64,000 nucleotides of DNA from Rugosimonospora sp. GTDB taxonomy: Bacteria > Actinomycetota > Actinomycetes > Mycobacteriales > Micromonosporaceae. A program made the translations under genes and the position numbers. The DNA is taken from assembly GCA_036494675.1 (NCBI GenBank), contig DASXOA010000078.1, positions 797 to 64,796 on the forward strand, read 5' to 3'. This document shows, piece after piece, positions 1 through 8,548 of this stretch. The first letter of the stretch is position 1; every line of letters begins with the position of its first letter. Below the pieces are notes generated by a model. That model was given only the letters and a program-made list of their open reading frames with translations. It was not told the DNA's origin and ran no database searches.

Positions 1-569
1 AGCGGGAACTCGAACGCGATGCCGAACAGCAGCACCAGGTTGGTCACGAACCCGATGTATTTCGAGATCTCGAACGTGTAGTTGATGTGCGAGCCGCCGA
101 AGTTCAGCAGGAAGTCCAGCGCCCGGGGCAGCATCAGGTAGGCCAGCCAGGCGCCCAGGGCGAACAGCGGTGCGGCCAGCGTGGCGAACAGGTACGCCCA
201 GCGGCGCTCGTTGCGGTGCAGTCCCGGCGCGATGAACGCCCACAGCTGGTAGAGCCAGATCGGCGCGGCCAGGATCAGGCCGAGGATCAGCGCGACCTTG
301 ACCTGAAGGGCCAGCGGGCCGGTGGGGTCGATCGCGATGAAGTCGCCGCAGGTCTGGCCCGGCTTCGCCGTCGCGTTGCAGTAGGGCTTTTCCAGCAGGT
401 TCAGCACCGGCTTGGACAGGAACCAGCCGACGATCATGCCGACCACGATGCCCAGGGCCGCCTTGAACAGCCGGCTACGCAGCTCGCGCAGGTGATCGAG
501 CAGTGTCATCGAGCCGTCGGCGGCACGCTCGAACTGAGTCTTGTGCCGCCGACGCACCAGGAGAGCCAC
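1..569 (-). CDS. tatC: Sec-independent translocase TatC (C-terminus runs off the window)
   Basis: Absent from the ORF track because it is truncated by the window edge. Manual minus-strand translation from GTG at 569 gives VALLVRRRHKTQFERAADGSMTLLDHLRELRSRLFKAALGIVVGMIVGWFLSKPVLNLL...APGLHRNERRWAYLFATLAAPLFALGAW..., which is polytopic and TatC-like. It starts 20 nt downstream of tatA. Confidence 0.85.
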   Translation of the reverse strand, partial: MALLVRRRHKTQFERAADGSMTLLDHLRELRSRLFKAALGIVVGMIVGWFLSKPVLNLLEKPYCNATAKPGQTCGDFIAIDPTGPLALQVKVALILGLILAAPIWLYQLWAFIAPGLHRNERRWAYLFATLAAPLFALGAWLAYLMLPRALDFLLNFGGSHINYTFEISKYIGFVTNLVLLFGIAFEFP

Positions 570-589
570 GGGAAAAGCTCCTCGGTGGT

Positions 590-841
590 TCAGTTCTCGC
601 GGACGCGCTCGACCGGGTCGACCACCGGCGTCGGCGAGGCCTGACTGTCCAGCGGCTGGCGGGCCGACTGGGCCTCCGCCTTCGCCGCGACGTCGTCCTC
701 GGCCAGACCCTTGGTCTCAGCCTTCAGAATCCGCATGGACCGGCCCAACGAACGTGCCGCGTCGGGCAGGCGCTTGGCGCCGAAAAGGAGAACCAGCACG
801 ACCACCAGAATGGCGATGTGCCACGGCCTGAGCGCACCCAT
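590..841 (-). CDS. tatA: Sec-independent translocase TatA
   Basis: ORF 590..856. The internal ATG at 841 gives MGALRPWHIAILVVVLVLLFGAKRLPDAARSLGRSMRILKAE..., the canonical TatA N-terminal TM helix plus amphipathic helix. Confidence 0.9.
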   Translation of the reverse strand: MGALRPWHIAILVVVLVLLFGAKRLPDAARSLGRSMRILKAETKGLAEDDVAAKAEAQSARQPLDSQASPTPVVDPVERVREN

Positions 842-925
842 GTGAAGCCACCTCACACTGTCTTGTCATTGACGTGCCCATCCTACGTTCTTCCCGGCCG
901 AAACGCCCCGGCCGGTTGGTGCGGA

Positions 926-1189
926 TCAACCCTCCCGTCGGGAGGGCTGATCCCGGATCTCGGCGGCCCGGTGCGCCACCGCCTCCGCATGCGTGCTGAC
1001 CTCGGCTAATCGCGCCTGGAGCGCGCCCGCGGCGGCCTCGAGCGCCTGCGCGTCAACGGCCCGTTGGCGAATCTTCATCATGGCACGCTTCAGCCCCGCG
1101 AGTCGCCGCAGCACCGGCAGCACCGCCAGTACCAGCAGCACCACGCCCAGTACGACGAGCGCCGCGACGATCCACCAGATCATGGGCAC
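926..1189 (-). CDS. Small membrane-anchored hypothetical protein
   Basis: 87 aa. N-terminal TM helix (MPMIWWIVAALVVLGVVLLVLAVL) followed by an Ala/Arg-rich helical tail. It lies between pafC and tatA on the same strand. Confidence 0.5.
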   Translation of the reverse strand: MPMIWWIVAALVVLGVVLLVLAVLPVLRRLAGLKRAMMKIRQRAVDAQALEAAAGALQARLAEVSTHAEAVAHRAAEIRDQPSRREG

Positions 1190-1194
1190 TCACC

Positions 1195-2154
1195 CTAGTC
1201 CAGATCGACGCCGTACGCGGCCAGGGCCGAGTGCGCCTGGTCCCGGACCGCCTCGACCAGCTCGGCCGGGGCGACCACGGTGACCTCCGGCCCCAGTCCC
1301 AGCACCAGCCGGCGGGCCCAGCCCAGGTCGGCCGCGCGCAGGCTGACCAGCCAGTGCTCCGCCGACTCGGCGACGATCTCCTCGCACGGGTAGTACTCGG
1401 TGATCCACCGACCGCGCCGGCTCACCCGCAGGGTGACCAGCGGCAGCTCCGGGCTGGGGTTGAAGACCGCCTGGCTGACCTGGCCGGGCTGCGCCTGGGG
1501 CGGCGGGGCCGCCGGCTCGTCCAACTCGATCAACCCGTCGATCCGGTCCACCCGGAACAGCCGTACCGCCTCGGCGCGCCGGCACCACGCCTCCAGGTAG
1601 GCGCGGCCGGAGGCCACCACCACCCGCATCGGATCGACCACCCGCTCGGTGAGCACGTCGCGGGTCGCCGTGTAGTAGGTGATCCGCAGCGCGCGCCGCC
1701 GCTCGACCGCGCCCCGGATCGTGGCGAGCCGGTCGTCGTTGCCCGGCAGCCGCACCGCCACCGGCGCGTCGGCCAGCTCGCCGGTGGTCGACTCGATCTT
1801 GGCCAGGGCCCGCTCGATCGCGTCGCGCTGGCCCATCCCGGGCGTCTCGGCGAGCATCCGTAGCGCCACCACCAGCGCGAGCGCCTCGTCCGGCGTGAGC
1901 CGCAGCGGCCGGTCGATGCCGGCGTCGTAGGTGATGGTGACCCGGTCACCGTCGAACGCCATGTCGATCAGGTCGCCGGGACCGTACCCGGGCAGGCCGC
2001 ACACCCACAGCAGCTCCAGGTCCTCGCGCAGCTGCCGCTCGCTGACCCCCAGGTCACCGGCTGCCTCGGCGACCCGGATGCCGGGCCGCGCGAGCAGGTA
2101 CGGAACGAGGTTGAGCAACCGGCCGAGCCGGTCCGCCGAGGCCGCGGTCGCCAT
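1195..2154 (-). CDS. pafC: WYL-domain transcriptional regulator PafC
   Basis: Inner part of ORF 1195..2907, starting at ATG 2154 (MATAASADRLGRLLNLVPYLLARPGIRVAEAAGDLGVSERQLREDLELLWVCGLPGYGPGDLIDM...). HTH plus WYL architecture. Its ATG overlaps the pafB stop codon (ATGA). Confidence 0.85.
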   Translation of the reverse strand: MATAASADRLGRLLNLVPYLLARPGIRVAEAAGDLGVSERQLREDLELLWVCGLPGYGPGDLIDMAFDGDRVTITYDAGIDRPLRLTPDEALALVVALRMLAETPGMGQRDAIERALAKIESTTGELADAPVAVRLPGNDDRLATIRGAVERRRALRITYYTATRDVLTERVVDPMRVVVASGRAYLEAWCRRAEAVRLFRVDRIDGLIELDEPAAPPPQAQPGQVSQAVFNPSPELPLVTLRVSRRGRWITEYYPCEEIVAESAEHWLVSLRAADLGWARRLVLGLGPEVTVVAPAELVEAVRDQAHSALAAYGVDLD

Positions 2155-3230
2155 CACGCGACCCCGGCCTTCGCCGCGCCGTCGTGCCGGGTCCCGGCCG
2201 ATGCGGCCGGCGTGGCCGGACCCGGCGCGGGCGGGGCCGACCCCTCCCGGCGGGAGGCCTCGTCGTGCCCGGCCGCGATCTCGCGCAGCCGCGCGATCGC
2301 GGCGTCGCGGACCTCGGGCGGATCCAGCACCACGACGTCCGCGCCGTACCCGACCAGCCAGGCCGCGAGCCCCTCCGGATCCGAGTAGCGCAGAGTCGCG
2401 ACGTCGCCGTCCTCCCCCGCACTCAACTGCTCGGCCCAGCGGCGGACCCCGGCACCCCGGCCGGGCCGGATGCGCACCGTCGCGCGCCCCGTCCGCTCGA
2501 CCGGGCCGGACCAGTTGGCCACGTACGTGATGAGGTCCACGTTCTGCGGCGGCGTGAACGCGCCCGGACGGCCGGTGCGCCGGACCGTACCCACGATCCG
2601 TGACAGCCGGAAGCACCGCTCCGCACGCCGGTCCAGATCGTGCCCGACCACGTACCAGCGACCGCGCCAGCACACCACGCCCCACGGCTGCAGGCGCCGG
2701 GTGGCCGGCGCGTCGTCCTCGGGCGTGCGGTAGGAGAAGCTCACGGCCACCCGGTGGCGCACGGCCGCGGTCAGCGGTTCGAACGCCGCGTCGACGGTCA
2801 CCACCGGCTCCACGCCGAGCGTCGCGTGCGGGTCGACGTCCACCCCGGCGGCGCGCAGCTTGGCCAGTCCGCTGGACGCCGCGGCCGCCAGCCCGGCGTG
2901 GCGCCACAGCCGGGCCGCGATGCCCACGGCCGCCGCCTCGTCCGGCTCCAGCGGGATGTCCGGCAACGCGTAGTCCCGGCGCGCGATGCGGTACCCGGGC
3001 TCGGCGTCCAGCACGCTGGAGGTCCCCGTCTCCAGCGGCACACCCAGTTCCCGCAGTTCGGCCTTGTCGCGCTCGAACTTGCGCTGGAACGCTTCGTGGT
3101 CGCGGGGATCGCTGGCTTCGTGCTCGTATCCGGGCACGGTCAGCGCGATCTGCGACGCGGTCAGGAAGCGGCGCGTCGACAGCAGGCAGATCACCAGGTT
3201 GACCAGGCGCTCGGTTCGAGTACGAGACAC
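2154..3230 (-). CDS. pafB: WYL-domain transcriptional regulator PafB
   Basis: 358 aa, MSRTRTERLVNLVICLLSTRRFLTASQIALTVPGYE...WGVVCWRGRWYVVGHDLDRRAERCFRLSRI... HTH plus WYL. It is the first gene of the pafBC pair and is translationally coupled to pafC. Confidence 0.85.
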   Translation of the reverse strand: MSRTRTERLVNLVICLLSTRRFLTASQIALTVPGYEHEASDPRDHEAFQRKFERDKAELRELGVPLETGTSSVLDAEPGYRIARRDYALPDIPLEPDEAAAVGIAARLWRHAGLAAAASSGLAKLRAAGVDVDPHATLGVEPVVTVDAAFEPLTAAVRHRVAVSFSYRTPEDDAPATRRLQPWGVVCWRGRWYVVGHDLDRRAERCFRLSRIVGTVRRTGRPGAFTPPQNVDLITYVANWSGPVERTGRATVRIRPGRGAGVRRWAEQLSAGEDGDVATLRYSDPEGLAAWLVGYGADVVVLDPPEVRDAAIARLREIAAGHDEASRREGSAPPAPGPATPAASAGTRHDGAAKAGVA

Positions 3231-3322
3231 GCGTTCGAAACTAGCAGTGTCGGGGTGCCGCCGGCTCGCCGCCCGGCCGGTGGGCCAGCCCGATCCTCGC
3301 GGGAGGGGCGGGCGCGCCGCGC

Positions 3323-3328
3323 TATATT
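3323..3328 (+). promoter_or_regulatory. Candidate -10 hexamer (TATATT) for a leaderless transcript of the 3335 gene
   Basis: TATATT is isolated in very GC-rich DNA and ends 6 nt before the ATG at 3335. There is no Shine-Dalgarno sequence and no convincing -35 element. Confidence 0.3.
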
Positions 3329-3334
3329 CGCGCG

Positions 3335-4468
3335 ATGATCTGGTGGCGCGGCGGGACGGTCAATACGGTACGCCGGCGCTGGCGGGGCGCGGTCGAACTG
3401 GACGTGCGCTGCGATGGGCAGGACATTCGCGCATTGGCATATCCGGCGCTCGTCGGCGAGCCGGAGCCCGGCGACCGGGTGCTACTCAACGTCGGTGCGC
3501 TGCGGATGGGCCTGGGCACCGGCGGGTACGCCCTGGTCGTGGCCCTGCCCGACCGGCTCCCGGCCGACCCGCCCGGGCCGGTGGACCGCACCGCCGGGCA
3601 CGCGGTCAAGGCGCGCTACACGCCGCTGCAGCCGATCGTGATGGCGGTGGAGGAGGAGGCGTCCCCGTACCGGGAGGTGATGGCGGCCGCCACCGACCTG
3701 GAGGACCTGCCGGTGGTCACCGCCGACCTGCACTCGGCGGTCCCGGCGATCCTGTGCGGGGTGCTCACCGACCGGCCGGATGCCCGGGTGGCGTACCTGA
3801 TGACCGACGGTGGCGCGCTGCCGGCCTGGTTCTCCCGCACCCTCGACGCCCTGTCCGGCCTGCTGGCCGGGGTGGTGACCGTGGGCCAGGCGTTCGGCGG
3901 GGACCTGGAGGCGACCACGCTGCACAGTGGGCTGCTGGCGGCCCGGCACGTGCTGCGGGCCGACGTGGCGATCGTGGCGCAGGGGCCGGGCAACCTCGGC
4001 ACCGGTACCGCGTGGGGCTTCTCCGGCGTGGCGGCCGGTGAGGCGGTCAACGCCGCCGCGGTGCTCGGTGGCCGGCCGGTCGGCGCGCTGCGCATCTCGC
4101 AGGCGGATCCCCGCCCGCGCCACGGCGGCGTGTCCCACCACAGCCTCACCGCGTACGGCAGGGTCGCCCTCGCCGCCGCGGACCTCGTCGTCCCCGAAGC
4201 GCTGCCGGAGCGGCTGGCCGCCGGAGTCGACCGGGCGCTGGATCCGCTGCGCGAGCGGCACCGCGTGGTCACCGTGCCGGTCGCCGGGCTGGATCCGGCG
4301 CTGCGGGCGCTGCCGGTCAAGCTGTCCACGATGGGCCGGGACCTCGACGCCGACCACGCCTACTTCATGGCCGCCGCGGCGGCCGGCCGCCACGCCGCCG
4401 CGCTGATCGCGGCGGGCCGGGGGTCGGGTGAAGCGGTGGGTCGGAGGTCAGGTGAAGATGACCAGTGA
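3335..4468 (+). CDS. Conserved hypothetical protein (DUF3866-like, assigned from memory)
   Basis: 377 aa soluble protein with normal high-GC coding character (…VKARYTPLQPIVMAVEEE…TVGQAFGGDLEATTLHSGLLAA…). Divergent from pafB. Confidence 0.6.
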   Translation: MIWWRGGTVNTVRRRWRGAVELDVRCDGQDIRALAYPALVGEPEPGDRVLLNVGALRMGLGTGGYALVVALPDRLPADPPGPVDRTAGHAVKARYTPLQPIVMAVEEEASPYREVMAAATDLEDLPVVTADLHSAVPAILCGVLTDRPDARVAYLMTDGGALPAWFSRTLDALSGLLAGVVTVGQAFGGDLEATTLHSGLLAARHVLRADVAIVAQGPGNLGTGTAWGFSGVAAGEAVNAAAVLGGRPVGALRISQADPRPRHGGVSHHSLTAYGRVALAAADLVVPEALPERLAAGVDRALDPLRERHRVVTVPVAGLDPALRALPVKLSTMGRDLDADHAYFMAAAAAGRHAAALIAAGRGSGEAVGRRSGEDDQ

Positions 4469-4645
4469 GGCCCAGCCCACGATGATCGCGAGCAGGATCA
4501 CGACCAGCGCCCAGGTGGGCAGCCAATACTCGCCACGTCGGTTGCGCTCGATCTCCGCCACGATGCGGTCGCGGCGCCGCTGCACCGCGCTGCGGCGGGC
4601 CTCGGCGCCGCGGTAGGCGCGCTTTTCATCCTGCTCCGGCATCAC
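4448..4645 (-). CDS. Small membrane protein downstream of pafA
   Basis: 65 aa. Basic N-terminus followed by one TM helix (WLPTWALVVILLAIIVGWASLVIF). Starts 33 nt after the pafA stop codon. Confidence 0.5.
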   Translation of the reverse strand: MMPEQDEKRAYRGAEARRSAVQRRRDRIVAEIERNRRGEYWLPTWALVVILLAIIVGWASLVIFT

Positions 4646-4678
4646 CGGACGAGCCTATCTCCACCCGGAGGCGACCTC

Positions 4679-6037
4679 CTACATGGAGGCGATCAACCGC
4701 TCGACCCGCTCGTCGTACGCCCGGAACGGGTCCTTGCACAGCACCGTGCGCTGCGCCTGGTCGTTGAGCTTGAGGTGCACCCAGTCGACGGTGAAGTCGC
4801 GCCGCTTCTCCTGGGCGTGCTTGATGAATTCGCCGCGCAACCGGGCCCGGGTGGTCTGCGGCGGAGTCTCCTTGGCCTCGAAGATCTCGATGTTGTTGGC
4901 CACCCGGTCGACCTGACCGCGCCGCTCCAGCACCGCGTAGAGGCCACGGTTGCGGCGCAGATCATGGTAGGCGAGGTCCATCTGGGCGATTCGCGGGTGC
5001 GCCAGCGGCAGGTCGTGCCGGCGCTGGTAGGACTCGACGAGCTTCAGCTTCGTGATCCAGTCGATTTCCCGGTCCACGCTGGTCAGGTCGCCCGACTCGA
5101 CCGCGCCGAGGACCCGGCCCCACAGTTCCACGACCCGCTTGGCCACCCCGTCGCCGCCCCGGCGGTCGACGAAGTCGCTGGCCTTGCTGAAGTACTCCTG
5201 CTGGATCTCCAGCGCGCTGGCCTCCTTGCCGCTGGCCAGCCGGACCTTGCGTCGCCCGGTGACGTCGTGCGAGACCTCGCGAATCGCCCGGATGGGGTTT
5301 TCCAGCGTCAGATCGCGCATCACCACGCCCGCCTCGATCATCCGCAGCACGATGTCCGCGCTGCCGACCTTGAGCATCGTGGTGACCTCGTTCATGTTCG
5401 AGTCGCCCACGATCACGTGCAGCCGGCGGTAACGCTCGGCGTCGGCGTGCGGCTCGTCCCGGGTGTTGATGATCGGTCGGGACCGGGTGGTGGCGGAGGA
5501 GACCCCTTCCCAGATGTGCTCGGCCCGCTGGGACAGGCAGAACACCGCCCCCCGGGGCGTCTGCAGCACCTTGCCGGCGCCGCAGATCAGCTGCCGGGTC
5601 ACCAGGAACGGGATGAGCACGTCGGCCAGCCGGCCGAACTCGCCGTGCCGGGACACGAGGTAGTTCTCGTGGCAGCCGTAGGAGTTCCCGGCCGAGTCGG
5701 TGTTGTTCTTGAACAGATAGATCTCGCCCGCGATGCCCTCGTCGTGCAGCCGCTTCTCGGCATCGACGAGCAGGCCCTCCAGGATCCGCTCGCCGGCCCG
5801 GTCGTGCATCACCAGATCGGTGACGGAGTCACACTCCGGCGTCGCATACTCCGGGTGGGAGCCCACATCGAGGTAGAGCCGGGCACCGTTGCGGAGGAAG
5901 ACGTTGCTCGAACGCCCCCAGGAGACCACCCGCCGGAAGAGGTAGCGCGCCACCTCATCCGGTGACAGCCGCCGCTGGCCACGGTACGTGCAGGTGACTC
6001 CGTACTCGGTCTCGAGGCCGAAGATTCGCCTATCCAT
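4679..6037 (-). CDS. pafA: Pup--protein ligase PafA
   Basis: 452 aa, [70 protein letters not shown]...[35 protein letters not shown]. Near-collinear with mycobacterial PafA as I recall it. Confidence 0.95.
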   Translation of the reverse strand: MDRRIFGLETEYGVTCTYRGQRRLSPDEVARYLFRRVVSWGRSSNVFLRNGARLYLDVGSHPEYATPECDSVTDLVMHDRAGERILEGLLVDAEKRLHDEGIAGEIYLFKNNTDSAGNSYGCHENYLVSRHGEFGRLADVLIPFLVTRQLICGAGKVLQTPRGAVFCLSQRAEHIWEGVSSATTRSRPIINTRDEPHADAERYRRLHVIVGDSNMNEVTTMLKVGSADIVLRMIEAGVVMRDLTLENPIRAIREVSHDVTGRRKVRLASGKEASALEIQQEYFSKASDFVDRRGGDGVAKRVVELWGRVLGAVESGDLTSVDREIDWITKLKLVESYQRRHDLPLAHPRIAQMDLAYHDLRRNRGLYAVLERRGQVDRVANNIEIFEAKETPPQTTRARLRGEFIKHAQEKRRDFTVDWVHLKLNDQAQRTVLCKDPFRAYDERVERLIASM

Positions 6038-6062
6038 GAACGAACAGTAGCCGGCGGGAGGC

Positions 6063-6671
6063 TCAGTTCGTTACTTTGCTACGCAGCGATTCTGCGTATC
6101 TGACGCAGTTCTCGTACTCCGGCAGCAATCCGGCCTGGTGAGCCTCGTCCAGGCTGGGCGCCGCGCCGTCGCGGTCGGAGACCACCGGCGCGTCGCTCGG
6201 CCAGTCGATCGCCAGTCGCGGGTCCAGCGGATGCACGGCGTGCTCCCGCTCCGGGTTGTAGGTGGTGGAGCACAGGTAGGTCAGGGTGGCGTCGTCGGAC
6301 AGGGCGCAGAAGCCGTGGCCCAGCCCCTCGGAGAGATAGACCGCCCGCCGGTCGATGTCGTCCAGACGGACCGTCTCCCACTGCCCGAACGTCGGCGATC
6401 CAACCCGGAGGTCCACCACCACATCGAGGATCGCGCCGCGCACGCAGGTCACGTACTTCGCCTGCCCGGGCGGGACGTCCGCGAAGTGGATGCCGCGCAC
6501 CACGCCGGGTACGGAGACCGACACGTTCGCCTGCGCGAGCTCCAGCGGGTGCCCCACCTCGGCGGCCAGGTGGTCGAAGCGGTACCACTCCAGGAACACC
6601 CCGCGCGGATCTCCGTGCTGAACGGGTGTGACTTCCCAGGCACCGTCGATGGACAGCGGTCGGAACTTCAT
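6063..6671 (-). CDS. rmlC: dTDP-4-dehydrorhamnose 3,5-epimerase
   Basis: 202 aa with RmlC cupin signatures: [60 protein letters not shown]. Confidence 0.9.
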   Translation of the reverse strand: MKFRPLSIDGAWEVTPVQHGDPRGVFLEWYRFDHLAAEVGHPLELAQANVSVSVPGVVRGIHFADVPPGQAKYVTCVRGAILDVVVDLRVGSPTFGQWETVRLDDIDRRAVYLSEGLGHGFCALSDDATLTYLCSTTYNPEREHAVHPLDPRLAIDWPSDAPVVSDRDGAAPSLDEAHQAGLLPEYENCVRYAESLRSKVTN

Positions 6672-7492
6672 GACTTGCGACTCACCACCACGAACTCGTT
6701 ATAGGCAAAGACACGGCCGGCGACGCGGGGGAACGGGAATGAGTAGCGCCGAGCGACGGTCAGGCCCAACTCGCGGGCCAGCGAGGTCGATTCGGCGAAG
6801 CCCACGAACCGTACATGCGTCGCGTCGCTAGCATAGCCGCGCTCCTGAGGGGTGATGAACACGACCGAGCCACCGGACCGGACGTAGGGCAGGTAGCCGT
6901 CGACGACGTCCCGGACGCGGTCGGAGGGCAGGTGCTCCAGGACGTGGGCGAGCAGCATCGAATCGAACCGGCCGGGCCGCGCGTATTCACTGGCGAGGAA
7001 CTCGTCCGGGGTGAACGCCGTGAGTCCGGCGTCCCGGGCGACGTCGATGGACGTCGGGTTGTGATCCACTCCGACCCCGTCGCCGTGCAGGTGGCGCAGG
7101 TTGCGCCCGATGCCGCAGCCGACATCGAGAACGAAGCCGAGGTGCAGCCGGCGGATGTTCCAGCGGTACGGCGCCTGAGCGTCCAGCATCCGCTTCCAGC
7201 GCTGGCCCTCGAGCCGTTGCAGCCGCCGGGCGTACGCCACGTCCCTGGTCTGGGCGTTGCGCGCCACGCCCGTGTCGGCGCCGTACCGCGACGACCCGTT
7301 ACTCGCCTTGTCATCGCGGTCGTACCGGCTGCGGGGAGTCGGCGCCGCAGCCCGCGCCGGGGAGACGTGCTCGGCCGGCTGCGGGTCGGTTCTGTCAGCC
7401 AAAGGAGAGTTTGAATCCACCTGTGCACAACGATCCGATCCGCGACTCGGCGCGGCGTCATCAACCGAAATGCCGCCCACTGGGGGTATCAA
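6668..7492 (-). CDS. Class I SAM-dependent methyltransferase (start uncertain)
   Basis: SAM motif [11 protein letters not shown] and a later [10 protein letters not shown] motif. Its stop overlaps the rmlC start (ATGA). The TTG at 7492 overlaps rmlA by 32 nt; alternative GTG starts lie at 7480 and 7423. The first 90 aa or so are low-complexity. Confidence 0.75.
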   Translation of the reverse strand: MIPPVGGISVDDAAPSRGSDRCAQVDSNSPLADRTDPQPAEHVSPARAAAPTPRSRYDRDDKASNGSSRYGADTGVARNAQTRDVAYARRLQRLEGQRWKRMLDAQAPYRWNIRRLHLGFVLDVGCGIGRNLRHLHGDGVGVDHNPTSIDVARDAGLTAFTPDEFLASEYARPGRFDSMLLAHVLEHLPSDRVRDVVDGYLPYVRSGGSVVFITPQERGYASDATHVRFVGFAESTSLARELGLTVARRYSFPFPRVAGRVFAYNEFVVVSRKS

Positions 7493-8345
7493 GCAGCTTC
7501 AGCAGATATGAGCCATATCCGCTTTTCAGTAGCGGTTGGGCGAGCTCGCGCAGTTGATCGTCGCTCAGGAAGCCCTGCACCCAGGCTTCCTCCTCGACAC
7601 ATCCGATCTTGAGGTCCTGGCGCTGCTCGATCACCCGGACGAACTCCGCCGCCTGGACCAGGGAGTCGAAGGTGCCCGTGTCCAGCCACGCGGTGCCCCG
7701 GTCGAGGACCGCGACCTTGAGCTGGCCACGCTGCCGGTACTCCTCGTTGACCGCGGTGATCTCCAACTCGCCGCGCGCGCTCGGCGTCAGCTTGCCGGCG
7801 ATGTCGACCACCGCGTTGTCATAGAAGTACAGGCCGGGAACCACGTAATTGGACTTGGGCGCGCTCGGCTTCTCCTCGATCGAGAGCACCCGGCCGGAAT
7901 CGTCGAACTCCACGACGCCGTACTCCCGGGGGTTGGCCACCGGATAGGCGAAGATGCAGCCGCCGACCACGTCGCTGTTCTCGACCAGCTTCCGGCCGAG
8001 CCCGACGCCGTGGAAGATGTTGTCGCCCAGGACGAGGGCGACCGATCCGTCGCCGATGAACTCCGCACCGAGCACGAAGGCCTGCGCGATGCCGTCGGGC
8101 GTGGGCTGGACCGCGTAGGACAACGACAGCCCCCACTGGCTGCCGTCGCCGAGCAGCCGGCGGAACTGGTCCTGATCCTCCGGCGTCGTGATCACCAGGA
8201 TCTCGCGGATACCGGCCATCACCAGGGTGGTCAGGGGGTAATAGATCATGGGCTTGTCGAACACCGGCATGAGCTGCTTGGAGACCGCCCGGGTGATCGG
8301 CCAGAGCCGCGAGCCGGTACCGCCGGCCAGGAGGATGCCACGCAC
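7461..8345 (-). CDS. rmlA: Glucose-1-phosphate thymidylyltransferase
   Basis: 294 aa, [57 protein letters not shown]..., the canonical RmlA N-terminus. Confidence 0.95.
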   Translation of the reverse strand: MRGILLAGGTGSRLWPITRAVSKQLMPVFDKPMIYYPLTTLVMAGIREILVITTPEDQDQFRRLLGDGSQWGLSLSYAVQPTPDGIAQAFVLGAEFIGDGSVALVLGDNIFHGVGLGRKLVENSDVVGGCIFAYPVANPREYGVVEFDDSGRVLSIEEKPSAPKSNYVVPGLYFYDNAVVDIAGKLTPSARGELEITAVNEEYRQRGQLKVAVLDRGTAWLDTGTFDSLVQAAEFVRVIEQRQDLKIGCVEEEAWVQGFLSDDQLRELAQPLLKSGYGSYLLKLLDTPSGRHFG

Positions 8346-8548
8346 CGGTGGAGCTTAGCCGGACCGTCGCGCACGCACGGGGCGGGTCGATGATTCGATC
8401 CAGAAAGATTCTTCGACACAACGCTGTGTTATCCGGACGGCACACTCCGTCGCGCGTACGATCCACCCTGGCGACAAGCCAATGGCCACCGAGCCGGTAC
8501 GCATCGAGTCCGGCGAATAGGATGATCTCTTCGGGCGGTTGACCTCCC

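Noticed and set aside
893-915. A short hairpin (ccggccg - 8 nt - cggccgg) between the 926-1189 gene and tatA, considered as a terminator.
   Set aside because: The stem is only 7 bp with no U-tract, and such GC palindromes arise by chance in this composition. It is too weak to call.
1195-2907. 570-aa ORF that would fuse pafC with upstream sequence. Similar over-extensions: 9583-12618 (1011 aa), 10647-13694 (1015 aa), 36162-38474, 37226-39160, 34933-36651, 45637-47226 and 44973-45830.
   Set aside because: The upstream portions overlap neighbouring genes in another frame and are Arg-rich junk. Conserved N-termini, stop/start overlaps (ATGA, GTGA) or Shine-Dalgarno sequences identify the shorter internal starts used in the feature table.
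3248-3269. A PafBC-type (RecA-NDp-like) promoter motif near TGTCGGGGTG, upstream of the 3335 gene.
   Set aside because: The consensus as I recall it (TGTCRGTG, 8 nt, TAnnnT) is not met. The upstream half has a mismatch, and no TAnnnT hexamer follows at the required spacing.
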